NCBI RefSeq assembly: GCF_943372375.1
Contig: NZ_CALRYJ010000007.1
Location: forward strand, 85,128-149,127
Reading direction: 5' to 3'
Length of the DNA stretch: 64,000 nt
DNA from: Fluviicola taffensis DSM 16823
GTDB taxonomy: Bacteria > Bacteroidota > Bacteroidia > Flavobacteriales_D > Crocinitomicaceae
Shown: positions 60,644 through 64,000 of the stretch, piece by piece
How the letters are laid out: each line of letters opens with the position of its first letter
Position numbering within the stretch: position 1 is the stretch's first letter
Made by a program: the position numbers and the translations under genes
Notes under the pieces: model-generated
Told to the model about the DNA's origin: nothing
What the model saw: only the letters and a program-made list of their open reading frames with translations
Databases searched by the model: none

Positions 60644-62620
60644 ATGAAACAATTCTTTACACTCCTCTTTTTGGTTATCAGCAGTGCAGGTATTGCACAA
60701 AGCTATTCCGGTGGTTCCGGTACGGTAGCTGACCCGTATTTGATTGCCAACAAAGCCGATTTAAAATACTTAAGCGAAAATGTGAGTGAAGTAGGTTACC
60801 ACTTCAAACAAACAGCAAATATCGTATTCACATCCGCTGATTTTGCTCCGGGTGGTGACTTTTACAATGGTGGATCCGGGTTTGATCCGATCGGAGGAAA
60901 CATCAACCAGTACTTTATCGGGACGTATGACGGTAACCATTTCTTTATTGATAGCTTGTATATCAACAGACCAAACGAGGACGGTATCGGATTTTTCGCA
61001 TCTGTTAATCATCCCAATGCTGAAGTACGTGCTGTGGATTTAAGAAACGTAACGATTACCGGACAGAGTTATATTGGGGTGATTTCAGGAATAGTAAGTT
61101 CTGGGGCTTCTATTTTAAATTGTTCGGTTACCGGAACCATTTCAGGACAAACAACCATTGGTGGGTTGATCGGAGAGGTTGACTTAGCCACCGTTAACAA
61201 CTGCTTCACCCGTGTAAACGTGAACGGAGGCGATCTCGTTGCCGGATTGATTGCTTATGCTTCTGAGGTAACCATCAGCAATTGTTCGACTTCCGGAAAT
61301 TTAACCGGTCAGGAACAAGTAGGAGGACTTGTTGCTACTATACATGACTCCTTCATTACCAATTGCTATTCCCTTGCAGCCGTTAGCGGAACTAATTATG
61401 TGGGTGGTTTGGTGGGTAATTTTGGTTTGGGTTCAATAGTCATTACCAATTGCTACGCCGCAGGAGCAGTAAGTGGTACTTCATTTGTGGGCGGTTTAAT
61501 TGGTACTTTAACCAGCGGTAATACGGTTAATAATTCTTTTTGGGATGTGGAAACAACCGGACAATTGGTCAGCAGCGGCGGAACTCCGAAATCCACCCTG
61601 GAAATGAGATCACAAAGCACGTTTACAACTGCTACCTGGGATTTCATCAATGAATCTGCCAACGGAACCGACGACATCTGGAAAATGGGGGAATGTAAAA
61701 ACAACGGTTACCCGGTTTTTAGCTGGCAGGCCAGTGAAGTATATCCGGATCTAACATTTGGCTCAATTAACGGGAATGTTTTGGATTCAACAACTATTTG
61801 TTACAATGAGTCTGCTAATATACATGCAATGTCCTGGTACAATGTCACTTGGCATGACAGTATTACTGCCGGTAATTTAGTATCATCCAGTAGTCCGTTC
61901 ACTACACCAAATCTAACAGATACAACAATTTACTACGCTCAGGCAGATAACGGAACATGTATCAATCCGTTTCGTTTAGCATTTACAGTTGTGGTTCGAC
62001 CTGAAAACATTACCAATCAAACGTTTGAGTTCTGTGGAAGCGGATCTGTTACTGTAGGAACCAATACCTACACCACTACCGGAGTTTATACGGATGTTTT
62101 TACAGATGCCCATTCATGCGATAGTACCATCATTACAACTCTGACCATTCATCCGGATGTGAATACCGGAGTAACAGTGGACAGTTTGACGATTTCTGCT
62201 CTGGGAACCGGAACTTACCAATGGATCAATTGTGCTACTAACGCTGCTATTTCAGGAGAAACAGCTCAAAGTTTTACAGCAACAGCCAACGGATCTTATG
62301 CTGTTATTGTTTCCAATGGCAACTGTAGCGATACTTCTGCCTGCGTGAACATTACAACGGTTGGTTTAACTGACCTTACTGCTAATTCCAACTTCCGGGC
62401 TTACCCGAATCCAACGAAGGGTTCTGTTACCATTGACCTTGGAGCTGCGTACGCTGATGCAACGGTTGTGATTAAAAATGCGATCGGTCAGGTTGTTTGC
62501 TCCCAATCAATTGGTTCATCCGGAAAAACAGATTGCTCGATTGCAGGCGAAGCCGGAATTTATTTCCTGGAAGTGAAAACCGACAGTCAGCAGACCGTTT
62601 TGAAACTGATAAAAGAATAG
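60644..62620 (+). CDS. T9SS type A substrate with GLUG-repeat beta-helix
   Basis: GSGTVADPYLI, repeated VGGLVG/IGGLIG, SFWDVETTGQ; CTD AYPNPTKGSV..AGIYFLEV. Confidence 0.88.
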   Translation: MKQFFTLLFLVISSAGIAQSYSGGSGTVADPYLIANKADLKYLSENVSEVGYHFKQTANIVFTSADFAPGGDFYNGGSGFDPIGGNINQYFIGTYDGNHFFIDSLYINRPNEDGIGFFASVNHPNAEVRAVDLRNVTITGQSYIGVISGIVSSGASILNCSVTGTISGQTTIGGLIGEVDLATVNNCFTRVNVNGGDLVAGLIAYASEVTISNCSTSGNLTGQEQVGGLVATIHDSFITNCYSLAAVSGTNYVGGLVGNFGLGSIVITNCYAAGAVSGTSFVGGLIGTLTSGNTVNNSFWDVETTGQLVSSGGTPKSTLEMRSQSTFTTATWDFINESANGTDDIWKMGECKNNGYPVFSWQASEVYPDLTFGSINGNVLDSTTICYNESANIHAMSWYNVTWHDSITAGNLVSSSSPFTTPNLTDTTIYYAQADNGTCINPFRLAFTVVVRPENITNQTFEFCGSGSVTVGTNTYTTTGVYTDVFTDAHSCDSTIITTLTIHPDVNTGVTVDSLTISALGTGTYQWINCATNAAISGETAQSFTATANGSYAVIVSNGNCSDTSACVNITTVGLTDLTANSNFRAYPNPTKGSVTIDLGAAYADATVVIKNAIGQVVCSQSIGSSGKTDCSIAGEAGIYFLEVKTDSQQTVLKLIKE

Positions 62621-62650
62621 GACTAGTGTGATTAAACATAGGGTCTCCTG

Positions 62651-62761
62651 TTAAAAGCAGGTAATAATGTCTGCATCTTCAGCGAGTTCATTGTTCGATA
62701 CCGGTAGCCTTCCCGCTACAAAGAAAAAGGTTGTCAAGTTTTGGCAACCTTTTTTTGTTTT
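62651..62761. repeat. Right junction: conserved arm plus tRNA 3' end and terminator repeat
   Basis: Minus frame VAGRLPVSNNELAEDADIITCF*; CCCGCTACAAAGAAAAAGGTTGTCAAGTTTTGGCAACCTTTTTTTGTTTT. Confidence 0.85.
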
Positions 62762-62938
62762 CATTCTTATTCTAAGTTAAAATGCCTTAATTAAAATAGG
62801 TCATTTGAAGTGTATGATTTCATTAGCTATTATTAGCTTTGAATACCGAGTGATCTTGATAAGAACATCTGAATCCTTGGTTTGTGCCAATTGTTTTATT
62901 GTGAAAATCTTTTTTTTGAGTTGTTATTCTAAACTTTT

Positions 62939-64000
62939 ATGATTAAATATCTTCTAATTCAGATTTTACTTTCGTTCTCATTCATCGGTTTTTCGCAGGG
63001 ATATCTTTCAAAAACCTATAACCAAAATAATGGCTTACCAAGCTATGAAATTTATCGTTGTATAGAGGATAAACAAGGTTTAATGTGGTTTGCCACATTG
63101 AACGGGGTAGCGAAATTTGATGGCAAAAAGTTCAAAGTTTTTAATACGGAAGATGGGCTGCCAATAAACGATATATGGCATATCAATGTTGATAGTAAAA
63201 ATCGAATCTGGCTCGGAGGCTATTTTTCTGGGATCTATTACATAGAAAACGATCGTGTTAAAAAAATCAAATCATCAGAAACAGTGTGTAAAGATTTTAC
63301 GATGCTTTTTAAAAGTGAAAAGGGAAAAACACTCTCGTTTATCAGTGCTGATGGAAAATTCAAAGTTACTTATGACGGGCAAAAGTTAGTAAAACTGAAG
63401 CAAGATAAAAATGACTTATTTTCTATATACGATGTAAAAACGACTCGAAACTTAGATGAAATAATTCTACAGAATTTAAAAGCATTTAAACAAATTTTAA
63501 AAAAAGAAATAGGAGGTAAGACTTTCATCAATCAAAACGTGTTTTTTATTAATCCGACAAGTGATTTTGTAATAATAAAAAATGGTAAGTCAAGAGTATA
63601 TAGAGGTTTTGATTTAAGTAAAAGAGTAAAGTGGATTGAATCGAAACTGGATAGTTATTTAAAACACACTAAGTCGATCAAATGGATTTATATTGATTCG
63701 AAACAAAATTTATGGGTGATCAATCGTTCTGGTTCGGTAACAATAATTCCACGATTTAAACATGTTTTAAATGTGCAACAGTATAATTTCCCAAACTCAG
63801 ATTTGGTGGCAAAATTTTTCACCTTTGATAACCAGAATATTTTTGTTGCAAATAGAAATTCAACTCTGATTAAGTATTCAAAATCGGATTACAGCAATTC
63901 TGTTTTTTTTGTCCCCGGTGTAACAAATATTCAATCCATCAATTCCGTAGGAAGTTACATTTATGTTTTAAAATTGGATAGTGTACTGGTTCTTGACAAG
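62939..64000 (+). CDS. 5' part of a Reg_prop beta-propeller sensor protein (runs off the window)
   Basis: Own translation, open to the end: MIKYLLIQ.. NGLPSYEI..EDKQGLMWFAT..FDGKKF..DGLPINDIW..DSKNRIW; visibly AT-rich. Confidence 0.8.
   Translation, partial: MIKYLLIQILLSFSFIGFSQGYLSKTYNQNNGLPSYEIYRCIEDKQGLMWFATLNGVAKFDGKKFKVFNTEDGLPINDIWHINVDSKNRIWLGGYFSGIYYIENDRVKKIKSSETVCKDFTMLFKSEKGKTLSFISADGKFKVTYDGQKLVKLKQDKNDLFSIYDVKTTRNLDEIILQNLKAFKQILKKEIGGKTFINQNVFFINPTSDFVIIKNGKSRVYRGFDLSKRVKWIESKLDSYLKHTKSIKWIYIDSKQNLWVINRSGSVTIIPRFKHVLNVQQYNFPNSDLVAKFFTFDNQNIFVANRNSTLIKYSKSDYSNSVFFVPGVTNIQSINSVGSYIYVLKLDSVLVLDK

Noticed and set aside
52610-62625. 15-bp direct repeat AAAAGAATAGGACTA (52610-52624 and 62611-62625) as a target-site duplication
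   Set aside because: AT-rich 15-mer with no extended homology; a few such matches are expected by chance in 64 kb.
52415-62761. tRNA-derived repeats as a CRISPR array
   Set aside because: Spacing is irregular (0.3-6.8 kb), the intervals contain whole genes, and no cas genes are present.

Overview
Bacteroidota chromosome segment (TAnnTTTG -7 promoters, seven T9SS-secreted proteins, ECF-FecR-TonB locus; a Fluviicola/Crocinitomicaceae-like flavobacterium is my inference). Housekeeping genes (dxs, asnS, rpoN, der, era, initiator tRNA-Met) alternate with accessory blocks: a PolB-type nucleotidyltransferase pair, a TetR-TolC-EmrAB efflux operon, an amidohydrolase plus unknown membrane protein, two TPR-sensor two-component systems and large repeat-rich T9SS proteins. 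The most unusual region is 52.0-62.8 kb. tRNA-fMet is followed by a GIY-YIG nuclease gene and a series of cargo blocks (hexose-oxidase-like flavoenzyme; VIT1; AraC plus two T9SS proteins). These blocks are separated by partial tRNA copies in which short segments are replaced by TCCG..CGGA palindromes, a decayed recombinase-like tail, a cold-shock gene remnant, and two att-like arms whose minus strand encodes a conserved PVSNxExAED peptide. The block closes with a 48-50 bp direct repeat of the tRNA 3' end and terminator, and contains no intact integrase. Intergenic DNA also carries several short palindromic repeat families, a duplicated ECF-type promoter and a perfect TetR-type operator. All family assignments come from motif recognition, not database searches.
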